This document shows positions 9,141 through 18,074 of a stretch of DNA of 64,000 nt, piece by piece (position 1 is the stretch's first letter; every line of letters starts with the position of its first letter). This DNA is from Verrucomicrobiales bacterium. GTDB taxonomy: Bacteria; Verrucomicrobiota; Verrucomicrobiia; Verrucomicrobiales; DEV007. Made by a program: the position numbers and the translations under genes. The stretch lies in contig JAHEJT010000004.1 in NCBI GenBank assembly GCA_024638765.1, positions 174-64,173 on the forward strand, read 5' to 3'. The notes beneath the pieces were generated by a model. It ran no database searches. It was not told where the DNA came from and saw only the letters and a list, made by a program, of their open reading frames with translations.

Positions 9141-9278
9141 AAGTGAAGTTTGGACATTGCACATTGAACTTACAATGTCGAAGATCCAACGACGGTGTCT
9201 CTTCCAAAACGGTAAACGGATGAAACGGGGTCCAGCTTTCATTTTATCTATCTGCGCCATCTGCGCCATCTGCGGTTC
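9079..9278. repeat. 29-nt inverted repeat (arms 9079..9107 and 9250..9278, 1 mismatch); each arm is about 3 copies of the 9-mer ATCTGCGCC and encodes ICAICAICGS in a sulfatase signal peptide
   Basis: The reverse complement of 9079..9107 is ATCTGTGCCATCTGCGCCATCTGCGGTTC. 9250..9278 is ATCTGCGCCATCTGCGCCATCTGCGGTTC. Confidence 0.95.
9153..9179. promoter_or_regulatory. Heptamer motif GACATTG CACATTG -N6- CAATGTC in the 79-bp divergent sulfatase intergenic region; candidate operator
   Basis: Read directly: a tandem pair plus an inverted copy, centred between start codons 9140 (-) and 9220 (+). The function is inferred only. Confidence 0.35.
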
Positions 9279-10563
9279 AAAATCCGAGGCGGCACGACGG
9301 CCCAACATCCTCTTCCTGATCGCCGACGACCTCGGTTGGGCGGACGTGGGGTATCACGGCTCGGAAATCGATACCCCGCGCATCGACTCCCTTGCACGCG
9401 CCGGCGTGATCCTGGAACAGCATTATGTCACCCCGATGTGCAGCTCCACGAGAGCTTGCCTGCTTAGCGGACGTTATTCCACCCGCTTCGGACTCGACAG
9501 CGCCACCAACTCCCAGGTCTTTCCCTTCGGCACCGTGACCCTGGCTTCGGCGCTGCAATCAATGGGGTACCATACCGGTCTCACCGGCAAGTGGCATCTC
9601 GGCTCACAGCCGGTGACCGGCCCGCGCAAATTCGGGTTCACGCGCTCGCACGGAGCCTTCGCGGGCGGTGTCGATCAATACACGCACCTCTACAAAAAGG
9701 GCCCATACCAGAAGACCTGGCATCGCAACGACGTCCATATCGACGAAGAAGGCCATGCCACCGATCTTTTCGCGCGCGAAGCGATACGGTGGATCGAAGA
9801 CTCCGCCGAAGCCTCCGACAGGCGACCCTGGTATATCCAGGTCGCCTTTACCGCGGTCCATATCCCCATCCAGGAACCGGAGCAGTGGGTCGAGCCTTAC
9901 AAAGACCGCATCGAAAACGAATCACGGCGCCGCTTTGCAGCCTGCGCCGCCCACATGGATCACGCCATTGGGGAAATCGTCGACGCGCTCGCGCGGACGG
10001 GGCAGGAGGAGGACACCCTCATTATCTTCACTTCGGATAACGGCGGCTCCGGTCCCTGGAAACCCTCAGGACTCTACCCCGGCACTTACGCACCCTGCCC
10101 GGTCCTCGGCAACAATCTCCCGCTGCGCGGCGGTAAGGGCACCGTTTACGAAGGCGGGATTCGCGTGCCGGCGTTCGCCCACTGGCCCGGGATCCTGCAG
10201 CCGGGTAAATTGCACCATCCCATCCACGTGGTCGACTGGATGCCGACGCTCCTGAATTTGGCGGGCTGGGAATCGGAAGAAGATCTGCAATGGGACGGAC
10301 GGGATGTCTGGCCGCTGCTCACGGGCGCGGAAAAATTTCCCGAATCGCGTGTGCTCTACTTCAAGCGCGGCCGGAATTATGCATTACGCAAGGGGCGATG
10401 GAAGCTGGTGCAATCGGGGTCGGAGCGGGTGGAGCTCTTCAACCTCGATAAAGATCCTAATGAAGAGGACGACCTTTCCCGGCAAGACGCTTACCTGACC
10501 CGCGTCGATCAGCTCACCGCCTTGCTCGAGGAGCAGCGGCGGCTTGATGGAGGGGAGAAGTGA
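9220..10563 (+). CDS. Arylsulfatase (Cys-type, variant CSSTR motif)
   Basis: ORF 9028..10563 trimmed to ATG 9220 (signal peptide MKRGPAFILSICAICAICGSKSEA). ILFLIADDLGW, MCSSTRACLLSGR, GKWHLG, FTSDNGG. Confidence 0.9.
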   Translation: MKRGPAFILSICAICAICGSKSEAARRPNILFLIADDLGWADVGYHGSEIDTPRIDSLARAGVILEQHYVTPMCSSTRACLLSGRYSTRFGLDSATNSQVFPFGTVTLASALQSMGYHTGLTGKWHLGSQPVTGPRKFGFTRSHGAFAGGVDQYTHLYKKGPYQKTWHRNDVHIDEEGHATDLFAREAIRWIEDSAEASDRRPWYIQVAFTAVHIPIQEPEQWVEPYKDRIENESRRRFAACAAHMDHAIGEIVDALARTGQEEDTLIIFTSDNGGSGPWKPSGLYPGTYAPCPVLGNNLPLRGGKGTVYEGGIRVPAFAHWPGILQPGKLHHPIHVVDWMPTLLNLAGWESEEDLQWDGRDVWPLLTGAEKFPESRVLYFKRGRNYALRKGRWKLVQSGSERVELFNLDKDPNEEDDLSRQDAYLTRVDQLTALLEEQRRLDGGEK

Positions 10564-10596
10564 TCAGTTATTATTTATCGGTTTTCTTGAAATAAA

Positions 10597-11361
10597 ATGC
10601 ACCTCGGACTCGTCACCTACAACTGGGGAAAAGAGTGGGATCTGGACACTCTGCTCGTGAATTGCGTCGCCTCGGGATTCAGTGGAGTCGAGTTGCGCTC
10701 GACGCACGCGCACCGGGTCGAGATCGGACTGAACGCCGCGGAGCGCAGCGAAGTGGCGGCGCGATTTGTCGACAGCGGGATCTGGTGCGTCGGACTGGGA
10801 AGCGCATGCGAATACCATTCGCCCGACCCGGCGGTCCTGCGAAAAAACATCGATGAGACCAAGGAGTTTATCGAGCTGTGCCACGACATCGGCGGCAGTG
10901 GCGTCAAGGTGCGACCCAACGGCCTGCCAAAGGGCGTCCCGTTGGATAAGACCATCGCGCAGATCGGCAGGGCACTGAATGAGGTCGCAAGTCACGGCAT
11001 GGGGTTCGGAGTGGAGATACGCGTCGAGGTACATGGCAAAGGCACCAATGAGTGGCCCACCTTCAAGCACATCATGGATGCGGCGGATCACCCTGGCGTG
11101 GTGGTGTGCTGGAACTGCAACCGTCAGGACCTGGAAGGCAAGGGTCTGGCGCATAATTTTGACCTGGTGAAAAACAGGATCGGCACGGTCCACATCCACG
11201 ACCTGCGTAAGACGGATGCTTACCCGTGGAAAGAGCTTTTCTCTCTGCTGAAAAAAAGCCGCTTCGAAGGATGGACTCTGCTCGAGGAAGGGAAAGTCCC
11301 CGACGACATTCTCGCCGCCATGCGAGAGAACCGCATCCTCTGGGAAGCCCTGACCCAATAA
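10597..11361 (+). CDS. Xylose-isomerase-like TIM-barrel protein (sugar phosphate isomerase/epimerase family), no signal peptide
   Basis: 254 aa. Family-typical layout (GFSGVELR..., EVHG..., TVHIHD...). Family-level call only. Confidence 0.7.
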   Translation: MHLGLVTYNWGKEWDLDTLLVNCVASGFSGVELRSTHAHRVEIGLNAAERSEVAARFVDSGIWCVGLGSACEYHSPDPAVLRKNIDETKEFIELCHDIGGSGVKVRPNGLPKGVPLDKTIAQIGRALNEVASHGMGFGVEIRVEVHGKGTNEWPTFKHIMDAADHPGVVVCWNCNRQDLEGKGLAHNFDLVKNRIGTVHIHDLRKTDAYPWKELFSLLKKSRFEGWTLLEEGKVPDDILAAMRENRILWEALTQ

Positions 11362-11371
11362 CCCAAAATGA

Positions 11372-11390
11372 CGCAGGCGTCTCGCCTGCG
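11372..11390. repeat. REP-like hairpin CGCAGGCG-TCT-CGCCTGCG just downstream of the TIM-barrel gene stop
   Basis: 8-bp stem and 3-nt loop. Same CAGGCG-TCT-CGCCTG core as 60915..60935. Confidence 0.75.
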
Positions 11391-11477
11391 ATTATGAACC
11401 ATGCCCGCGGGAGCGGCTAATGAATGGGAGGAGCGGTGGCAAAATACCCAAAACCCGGCAGTTCCCCGTTAATTCTC

Positions 11478-11990
11478 ATGGAACTTCAGATCCATCCCGC
11501 GGTGCAAGAGGAAGAGCCGCTTTTGAGGCGACTTCTCGCGGATTATCTCGTCGAACTGACGACTTTTGAAATCGCCGGGGCAGACCGCGAAGCAGCGCCA
11601 AGTTACCACTCTCTTCCTCTCTACTGGTCGGAGTGCGACCGATTTCCCGTCCTTATTCGGATCGAAGAGGAGGTCGCCGGGTTCGCTCTCATGCGCCGTG
11701 AACCGCGGGAATCAACAGTCGACTGGCAGCTGGCCGAATTTTGTGTCCTTCCGGGACACCGCAAGCAGGGTGTGGGGCAAGCGGCGATCGAGCGCCTTTT
11801 CGGTCAGTCTCCGGGGCGCTGGGAATTGGAGGTCCTCGTGGCAAACACGCCCGCGGTGGCTTTTTGGAAAAAATGCCTGGAGCGGCCCGGTGTCAAAAAT
11901 GTCCACACGGAACCCATCCTCAAGGAGGATGGATCGAGGCTTCTTCACCGCTTCACTGTGGTCGCACAGGATTCGCCTCTAAGCGAGTAA
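11478..11990 (+). CDS. GNAT-family N-acetyltransferase
   Basis: ORF 11424..11990. ATG 11478 (MELQIHP) is preferred. Acetyl-CoA motif HRKQGVGQAAIERLF. Confidence 0.7.
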   Translation: MELQIHPAVQEEEPLLRRLLADYLVELTTFEIAGADREAAPSYHSLPLYWSECDRFPVLIRIEEEVAGFALMRREPRESTVDWQLAEFCVLPGHRKQGVGQAAIERLFGQSPGRWELEVLVANTPAVAFWKKCLERPGVKNVHTEPILKEDGSRLLHRFTVVAQDSPLSE

Positions 11991-12079
11991 CGAAAAGAAT
12001 CGGCTGGACGAGCCCGGAGTGTTAATCTGCTGGAACTCGATCCAAGCAATCCCTCTTCCTCCCGGGGGAAATTCCACTT

Positions 12080-12397
12080 ATGGATGCATCCCAGAGAATG
12101 AAATGCCCGCAGTGCGACGCGGGTCTCCACGGCAAGGAACTGGCGCGTCAGCCGAAGCTGCGGCCCTATCGCGAATGTCCCTGGTGCAAGGCCCGGATCA
12201 CGGTGGATCGCGCGACGCGGATACGCCAGAAGGTGGGAATCATCCTGGCGTTGACTTCCCTGGGGCTCACGGTGGGCATGTTCTTCAAGCCGGTTCCCTG
12301 GGTGGCGTTCGCGCTGCTCAGTTACGCGGTCCTGGCAGTGTTTATCTTCGACGCCAACCGGCGAGTCCGCTTTGAACCGTACTCCGCAAAAAAGTGA
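12080..12397 (+). CDS. Small zinc-ribbon membrane protein (hypothetical)
   Basis: CPQC ... CPWC pair, followed by two hydrophobic helices (VGIILALTSLGLTVGMFF, WVAFALLSYAVLAVFIF). Confidence 0.5.
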   Translation: MDASQRMKCPQCDAGLHGKELARQPKLRPYRECPWCKARITVDRATRIRQKVGIILALTSLGLTVGMFFKPVPWVAFALLSYAVLAVFIFDANRRVRFEPYSAKK

Positions 12398-12554
12398 TTT
12401 CTCCCCTGCGACCTGCACGCGCGGAGGCGGATGCAACTGAGAAAGCGGGGTATTACACGGCCCCTTCAGGGTCGTCATGCAATTGGGGCCATGACTCAAG
12501 GCCAATATATCTCACCCCATTGGGGTGACTTTCGGTGAGACCATGGCGCGCCGT

Positions 12555-13493
12555 TCAATCAAAAAAAGGAAAAAGCTTTTTCAACTGTTCTTTCCCCACC
12601 TGTGAGCCGTATTCTGTCACTTCAAAAGCCTCGGCGAATTTCGCCTGCTTCCCTTTTTCTTCTCCATACCAGTCCACGAGTTCTTCACGGTATTTGTTGG
12701 CAGTGCGCATGAAGCGCGCGCCTTGTGACATGCGGACCTCGGCGACCCGCTTCGGTTTATCCTCCGGAGTCGCCGGTAATCTTGCTTTGGAGCCCAGGGC
12801 ACCGCCCTCGAGGAACTGCGATTCCATCTCGGCGAGGGCATCCAGTTTTTTCTCCATCACGGAATCAATCGCGACGACGACGTCCGCTCGTGAGGGGTTG
12901 GGGCGCGTGAAACGGTCGGTATAATACATGAACACCGGATTCTTCTTCAAGGGAGGCACATCCGGGACAATGAAGGGGACCGCGACCATGAAAGAGGCGT
13001 CCTGGACGAGGACACCGGTGTAACGGTGGTCGGGATGGTAATCGTTGGGCCGGTGACTCAGCACCAGGTCGGCGTCCCACTCCCGGATCAGGCGAATGAT
13101 CCGCTTGCGATTTTCCAGACTGGGAATCAATTCACCGTCGTGGATATCGAGAACCTCCACGGTGGTCCCAAGAATTTCCGAGGCCTTTTTCACTTCCGCG
13201 AGTCGCCGCTTCGCGAGAGGACCTCCGGCTTCGCGCCAGTGACCAATATCGCCGTTGGTCACAGAGACAAATTTTACGTGATGCCCGCGTTCGGCCCACA
13301 TTGCGCCCACACCGGCAGCCTTTAACTCGCAGTCATCAGGGTGGGCGCCGAAGCAGATGATCCGGAGCTTGCCGCCGGCGTCCTCGGAGTCCTGGGCGTA
13401 AACCGGGAGGCCGGCACAATTCAATAGCGCCAGGGATAAAAGTAAGGGGATCGCTGACAAAGCGTCGCGGTGTAGTGCTGGGCGAGGGTCCAT
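12555..13493 (-). CDS. PIG-L/LmbE-family N-acetylglucosaminyl deacetylase with an N-terminal signal peptide
   Basis: ORF 12555..13715 trimmed to ATG 13493 (MDPRPALHRDALSAIPLLLSLALLNCAGLPVYA). Family motif AHPDDCEL plus GDIGH. Confidence 0.75.
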   Translation of the reverse strand: MDPRPALHRDALSAIPLLLSLALLNCAGLPVYAQDSEDAGGKLRIICFGAHPDDCELKAAGVGAMWAERGHHVKFVSVTNGDIGHWREAGGPLAKRRLAEVKKASEILGTTVEVLDIHDGELIPSLENRKRIIRLIREWDADLVLSHRPNDYHPDHRYTGVLVQDASFMVAVPFIVPDVPPLKKNPVFMYYTDRFTRPNPSRADVVVAIDSVMEKKLDALAEMESQFLEGGALGSKARLPATPEDKPKRVAEVRMSQGARFMRTANKYREELVDWYGEEKGKQAKFAEAFEVTEYGSQVGKEQLKKLFPFFD

Positions 13494-13515
13494 GGTTTTG
13501 AAGGGTTGAGTTTGA

Positions 13516-13866
13516 ATGTCCCGCTTATATGATTTCTTCCCTCGCTTCAAGGCCGGAAAAGATCTCATCCTCTCGATAGACTTGGGGCTGAAGCCGCCCA
13601 AGACAAGAGAGCCCGATTCTGTGCAAAACTCGTCTCCTGATAAAAAGAAGCGCTTGGCCGGCGTCCTCTTCGCCCTTTTTGCACTGGCGATCGTGATGGG
13701 CCCGGGACCGGGCATCCTGCTGGTGAATCCTGAAGCCTCCGATCCCGGTGCCGCGCGACTCTTTCTTGGAATGCCCGTGGTCTACGTGTGGGCGGCGTTC
13801 TGGTTTGGCGTGGAGGCACTGGCGGTCACCCTCGCTTACTTCCTGCTGTGGAGGAAACCCGCCTAA
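13516..13866 (+). CDS. Small two-helix membrane protein coupled to the symporter (DUF3311-like accessory subunit is a guess)
   Basis: Its stop overlaps the symporter start (TAATG at 13864..13868). Hydrophobic helices LAGVLFALFALAIVMG and VWAAFWFGVEALAVTLAYFLLW. ATG 13516 leaves only 22 bp to the divergent gene, so the in-frame GTG 13621 is an alternative start. Confidence 0.45.
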   Translation: MSRLYDFFPRFKAGKDLILSIDLGLKPPKTREPDSVQNSSPDKKKRLAGVLFALFALAIVMGPGPGILLVNPEASDPGAARLFLGMPVVYVWAAFWFGVEALAVTLAYFLLWRKPA

Positions 13867-15533
13867 TGATTTTCGCCCAGAACAGTCTCCCACCTTCCGC
13901 CGGTAATCTCGGAACGATCTGCGGAATTGTCCTCGCGTGTTACATGCTGGTCCTGCTTCTCATCGGTTTCGTGGGATACCTGCGCAGCCGCGGCACGGAA
14001 GAGGATTTTTATCTCGCGGGCCGGGGCCAAGGATTGCTCGTGACCGTGATGACAATCATGGCGACGTTTTTTTCGAGCGCGGCGATCCTGGGAATACCGG
14101 GAAACGTTTACAAGGACGGTGTGGCCTTCACGCTCTTTGCGCTGAATCTCCCCTGCGCGGGGGCTTGCATTTATCTTTTCGGCAGCCGCATCCGCCGCAT
14201 TGGCCGGAAACGACAATACGTCACCCAGGGTGATATGATTGCCGATTATTACGGCGATACGCCCCTGATCCGGTTGCTGGTGGCCACCATCGGATTCCTT
14301 TACGTTCTCCCTTACGTCATCATGCAGATTAAGGCGGGAGGATACCTGGCGCAGGGGATGTTTCCCGACGCGAGGACCGTGCCCATTCTCGGGACCGATT
14401 TCGGAATGTTCGAATTGGGCGCAACCGCGCTTTCGATCGTAACGATGTGCTACGTGCTTATCGGCGGGATGCGCTCCGTGGCCTGGACCGATGTCCTCCA
14501 GGGATTTCTCCTGTTCGGGGGCATGCTGGTGGCGGCGATCGCCACGATGGTGTCGCTCGGAGGAATCGGAGGCTTTTTCAAAGAGGTCTCGACACTCCCC
14601 CCGGAAGCCCTCTCGCTTCCGGGCCCTTCCGGGACGTGGACCCCGTGGAAACTGATGACGGTCTGCATCTTCGCGTCCATCGCATCGCTGATACAACCCG
14701 GTCAATGGATCCGGCTTTACGCCGCGCGCGATGACGCAACTTTAAAGAAATGCTCCCTGGTCTTCGCCATTGTCCTGCCCTCCTGCTTCCTCTTCGGCAT
14801 CATGCTGGTCGCGCTCGGTGGGCGAGCCCTCTTCCCGCCGGAAGTCGATGCGGACGTCATCCTCCCCCACCCTTTCGTGGGAGAATTCGACCAGATCGTC
14901 ATCGTGATGATCAAGGAACAGCTTCCACGCATGCTCGGCGTCGCCGGCGTGATACTCGTCGCGGTCATTCTGGTTGCGGTGCTCGCCGCATCCATGAGCA
15001 CTGCCGACAGCAATCTGCACGCCCTCAGCGCAGTCCTGACGCGTGATGTCTATGACCGATTGCTCCGGCCCGGGAGTTCGCAGCGCGAACGCGCCTGGAT
15101 CGGCCGTGTCGTGATTGTAGGCGCGACACTGCTGGCGCTCGGACTCGTTAACGCGGGCCACGACAACGAGGAATTCGCTCCGCTCAAGATGATCGCGGAT
15201 CTCATGTTCGCGGCCATCGCCTTCGCGTGCCAACTGCTTCCAGTCACCCTGGATATGCTCTACATCCGCAAGGGCACCAAAACGGGCGCGGCGGCCGGGA
15301 TGGTTGCCGGCATCGCGGTCGTTTTTCTTTTCACGCCTTTCCCGCACGCCCTTCTCGGGGACACTGCACTCTCCGAAAAAATTGAGAGCACTACCGGAAT
15401 CCTCAAGGCGCTCTTCGATGTCGGTTTCTGCGGCTTCGCGGTGAATTGTGCGGTTTTCGCGCTCGTAAGCCGGTTCACCCGTAAGTTGGAACCAGCGCAC
15501 AGGGAATCCTTTTCACGAGACTTGATTCAGTGA
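13866..15533 (+). CDS. Sodium:solute symporter (SSS) family transporter
   Basis: ORF 13788..15533 trimmed to ATG 13866. About 13 hydrophobic segments and the SSS-typical N-terminus (EDFYLAGRG). Confidence 0.85.
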   Translation: MIFAQNSLPPSAGNLGTICGIVLACYMLVLLLIGFVGYLRSRGTEEDFYLAGRGQGLLVTVMTIMATFFSSAAILGIPGNVYKDGVAFTLFALNLPCAGACIYLFGSRIRRIGRKRQYVTQGDMIADYYGDTPLIRLLVATIGFLYVLPYVIMQIKAGGYLAQGMFPDARTVPILGTDFGMFELGATALSIVTMCYVLIGGMRSVAWTDVLQGFLLFGGMLVAAIATMVSLGGIGGFFKEVSTLPPEALSLPGPSGTWTPWKLMTVCIFASIASLIQPGQWIRLYAARDDATLKKCSLVFAIVLPSCFLFGIMLVALGGRALFPPEVDADVILPHPFVGEFDQIVIVMIKEQLPRMLGVAGVILVAVILVAVLAASMSTADSNLHALSAVLTRDVYDRLLRPGSSQRERAWIGRVVIVGATLLALGLVNAGHDNEEFAPLKMIADLMFAAIAFACQLLPVTLDMLYIRKGTKTGAAAGMVAGIAVVFLFTPFPHALLGDTALSEKIESTTGILKALFDVGFCGFAVNCAVFALVSRFTRKLEPAHRESFSRDLIQ

Positions 15534-15559
15534 CAATCACACTCTAATCCTTTCACAAT

Positions 15560-16585
15560 ATGCACGCGGCCCGTTCCATTCCCGACTCCCCGCAGATTCT
15601 GGCGACGACCGTCGGTTCTTACCCGGTGCCGGATTGGTTGGCGGCGCTGCCCAGCGAGCAGGCCGTCATCGACGCCACGCGCGTCGTTTTTAATACACAG
15701 CGGGAGGCGGGCATTGACGTTCCTACCGATGGAGAACTTTACCGGTTCGATCCCAATCATCCCGACACCAACGGCATGATCGATTATTTCGTCGGCAGGA
15801 TGGGCGGGATCTCGACCCGCGTGGGCCGCAGCGACGGGGAGGCGTTCCGAGAAAAATCGGAAATGGGATGGCGCGCCAAACCCGCCGGTGTCGTCGAGGA
15901 CGCACTTTCCGAGGGAGGTTTAAACCTGCTCGATGATTGCCACCGGGCTGCGGAAGTCGCGGGAGGACCCTTCAAGTTCACGCTAACCAGTCCCTATATG
16001 CTGGCGCGCACACTCCTCGATCGGCATTACCGGGATTTCGAAGCGCTCACCATGGCCATCGCCGACGTCCTCGCGACACAGTCGCGCGGACTTCCTTGCG
16101 CCTGTGTCCAGGTCGACGAAGCCAATATCCCCGGTAACCCGGAGGACGCACCGCTTGCGGCAAAGGCCATCAACCGGGTGCTGGATGCGGTCGAGGTCGA
16201 AAAAGCCGTCCATTTCTGTTTCGGAAACTATGGCGGGCAGACAATCCAAAGCGGCAATTGGAGAGTGCTCATCGAATTCCTCAACAGCCTGCACGCGGAT
16301 CACCTGGTGCTGGAGCTGGCACACCGCCCGGAGAGCGATCTGGATGCGCTCGCGGATATCGAAGGAAAAATCGGCCTGGGGATCGGAGTAGTCGATATCA
16401 AGGTGAATCACGTCGAGACCGCGGATGAAATCGCGGCCGCCATCGAGAAAGCGGACCGTAAAACCGGCGGAGGGCGCGTCAAGTTCGTGCACCCGGACTG
16501 CGGATTCTGGATGCTGAAACGCTCGGTGGCGGATCGCAAGATCGAGGCTCTGGTGCGCGGGCGGGATAAGTTTCTGGGGGTGTGA
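15560..16585 (+). CDS. Cobalamin-independent methionine synthase (MetE C-terminal domain)-like zinc alkyltransferase
   Basis: TDGELYRFD and VQVDEANIPG. Putative Zn ligands are conserved: HFCFGNYGG (H, C), LVLELAH (E) and HPDCGFWM (C). Confidence 0.75.
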   Translation: MHAARSIPDSPQILATTVGSYPVPDWLAALPSEQAVIDATRVVFNTQREAGIDVPTDGELYRFDPNHPDTNGMIDYFVGRMGGISTRVGRSDGEAFREKSEMGWRAKPAGVVEDALSEGGLNLLDDCHRAAEVAGGPFKFTLTSPYMLARTLLDRHYRDFEALTMAIADVLATQSRGLPCACVQVDEANIPGNPEDAPLAAKAINRVLDAVEVEKAVHFCFGNYGGQTIQSGNWRVLIEFLNSLHADHLVLELAHRPESDLDALADIEGKIGLGIGVVDIKVNHVETADEIAAAIEKADRKTGGGRVKFVHPDCGFWMLKRSVADRKIEALVRGRDKFLGV

Positions 16586-18048
16586 TCTGTCCTGCGATGG
16601 CCTCCGCGGCACCATCCATCCTCGTCCGGGAAATCGCATTTCACGTGCTCCCCATGGAGACCCGCTTCCCGTTCCAATACGGGATCGCCAGCATGACGGC
16701 GCTGCCGCATCTTTTCGTCACGGCGCGTGTCCAGGTCGACGGAAGGGATACGACGGGAATGAGTTCGGACGGGCTTCCCCCGAAATGGTTTACGAAGAAC
16801 CCAGACACCACCTTTGAAGAGGATCTTCCGGAGATGATTGCCGTGATCCGGAATGCCGCAGACATCGTCACCGGCGAGAATACCCAGGTAAGCTTTTTCG
16901 ACCTTTGGCAACTCCTCTACGAAACACAGACCGAGTGGGCCGCGGAGAATGCAGTTCCTCCGCTCCTCGCCAATCTGGGCGTAAGCCTGGTGGAACGGGC
17001 GGTCCTCGATTCCGTTTGCCGTGGCCTGGAGACGCCTTTCCCGGCGCTGCTCCACAAGAATCTACTGGGCATCCGGCTTGGAGAGCTCTATTCCGAACTC
17101 GAAGGAACCGTTCCCTCGGATTATCTCCCCGCCATTCCCGGCAAAGAAATCATTGCGCGGCACACGGTAGGGCTCGGCGATCCACTCACTGAAACCGACG
17201 TCATTGAGCCGGTGAATGACGGTCTCCCCCAATCATTGGAAGCCTGCGTCGCAGCTTACGGGCTGGATCATTTCAAGATCAAGATCTGCGGCGTCCTCGA
17301 TCGTGACCGGGAACGGTTGCGCCGCCTTCACTCCCTGCTGGAGGCATCTGCGGGAGACGACTATTTCCTCACTCTCGACGGTAACGAGCAGTTCACGGAC
17401 ATGGCGGCGTTTCGAGAGCACTGGGAAGGCTGTCTGGAGGATGCCACCATTCGCGACTTGCTCACTCGCCTTCTCTTTGTGGAACAGCCGCTGCATCGAG
17501 ATCACGCGCTCAGTGAGGAGGTAAAGTCCGGCCTCGCGGATTGGCCCGGGGCGCCGCCGCTGATCATCGATGAATCGGAAGAAGAGATTGGTTGCCTCCA
17601 CCGGGCGCTGGAACTCGGTTATTCCGGCACCAGCCACAAGAACTGCAAGGGAATCGTCAAGGGGATCGCAAACGCCTGCCTCCTGGAATGCCGCCGCCGC
17701 AGCAACCCGGAGCAGGCTTACCTTCTCAGCGGAGAAGACCTGGCCAATGTGGGTCCCGTCGCCTTGCTCCAGGATCTCACGGTGATGGCGGTCCTGGGTA
17801 TCGCCCATGTCGAGCGCAACGGACACCATTACTTCAAAGGACTGAGCATGTTTCCCCGAGACACGCAGGACAGTATCCTCGCTTCGCACGGGGATCTTTA
17901 CCGCTACCACGAGGACGGATTTGCGACCCTGCGCATCGACAGAGGCCGCCTCTCGATCGCGAGTTTGCTGGAGGCGCCCTTCGGGACGCATCCCCTCATT
18001 GATGCAAGCCGGTTCCTGCCCCTGGACGAGTGGTTGCCGTCAGGTTGA
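16582..18048 (+). CDS. Enolase-superfamily protein (mandelate racemase / muconate lactonizing enzyme-like)
   Basis: FKIKICG (KxK), LDGNEQF, FVEQPL and IIDESEEE (metal ligands). The GTG start overlaps the upstream stop by 4 nt; ATG 16597 is an alternative. Confidence 0.7.
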   Translation: MICPAMASAAPSILVREIAFHVLPMETRFPFQYGIASMTALPHLFVTARVQVDGRDTTGMSSDGLPPKWFTKNPDTTFEEDLPEMIAVIRNAADIVTGENTQVSFFDLWQLLYETQTEWAAENAVPPLLANLGVSLVERAVLDSVCRGLETPFPALLHKNLLGIRLGELYSELEGTVPSDYLPAIPGKEIIARHTVGLGDPLTETDVIEPVNDGLPQSLEACVAAYGLDHFKIKICGVLDRDRERLRRLHSLLEASAGDDYFLTLDGNEQFTDMAAFREHWEGCLEDATIRDLLTRLLFVEQPLHRDHALSEEVKSGLADWPGAPPLIIDESEEEIGCLHRALELGYSGTSHKNCKGIVKGIANACLLECRRRSNPEQAYLLSGEDLANVGPVALLQDLTVMAVLGIAHVERNGHHYFKGLSMFPRDTQDSILASHGDLYRYHEDGFATLRIDRGRLSIASLLEAPFGTHPLIDASRFLPLDEWLPSG

Positions 18049-18074
18049 GAACTCCCGCCGGCCCGGCCCGGTGT

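Noticed and set aside
9028-9308. N-terminal extensions of both sulfatase ORFs containing EPQMAQMAQI
   Set aside because: These peptides are simply the reverse-complement reading of the other gene's ICAICAICGS repeat arm. Trimming to ATG 9140 and ATG 9220 gives normal signal peptides and a 79-bp divergent promoter region.
12512-12528. Hairpin TCACCCC-ATT-GGGGTGA between convergent genes as a terminator
   Set aside because: It has a 7-bp stem, a minimal 3-nt loop and no U-tract on either strand. I note it but do not call it a terminator.
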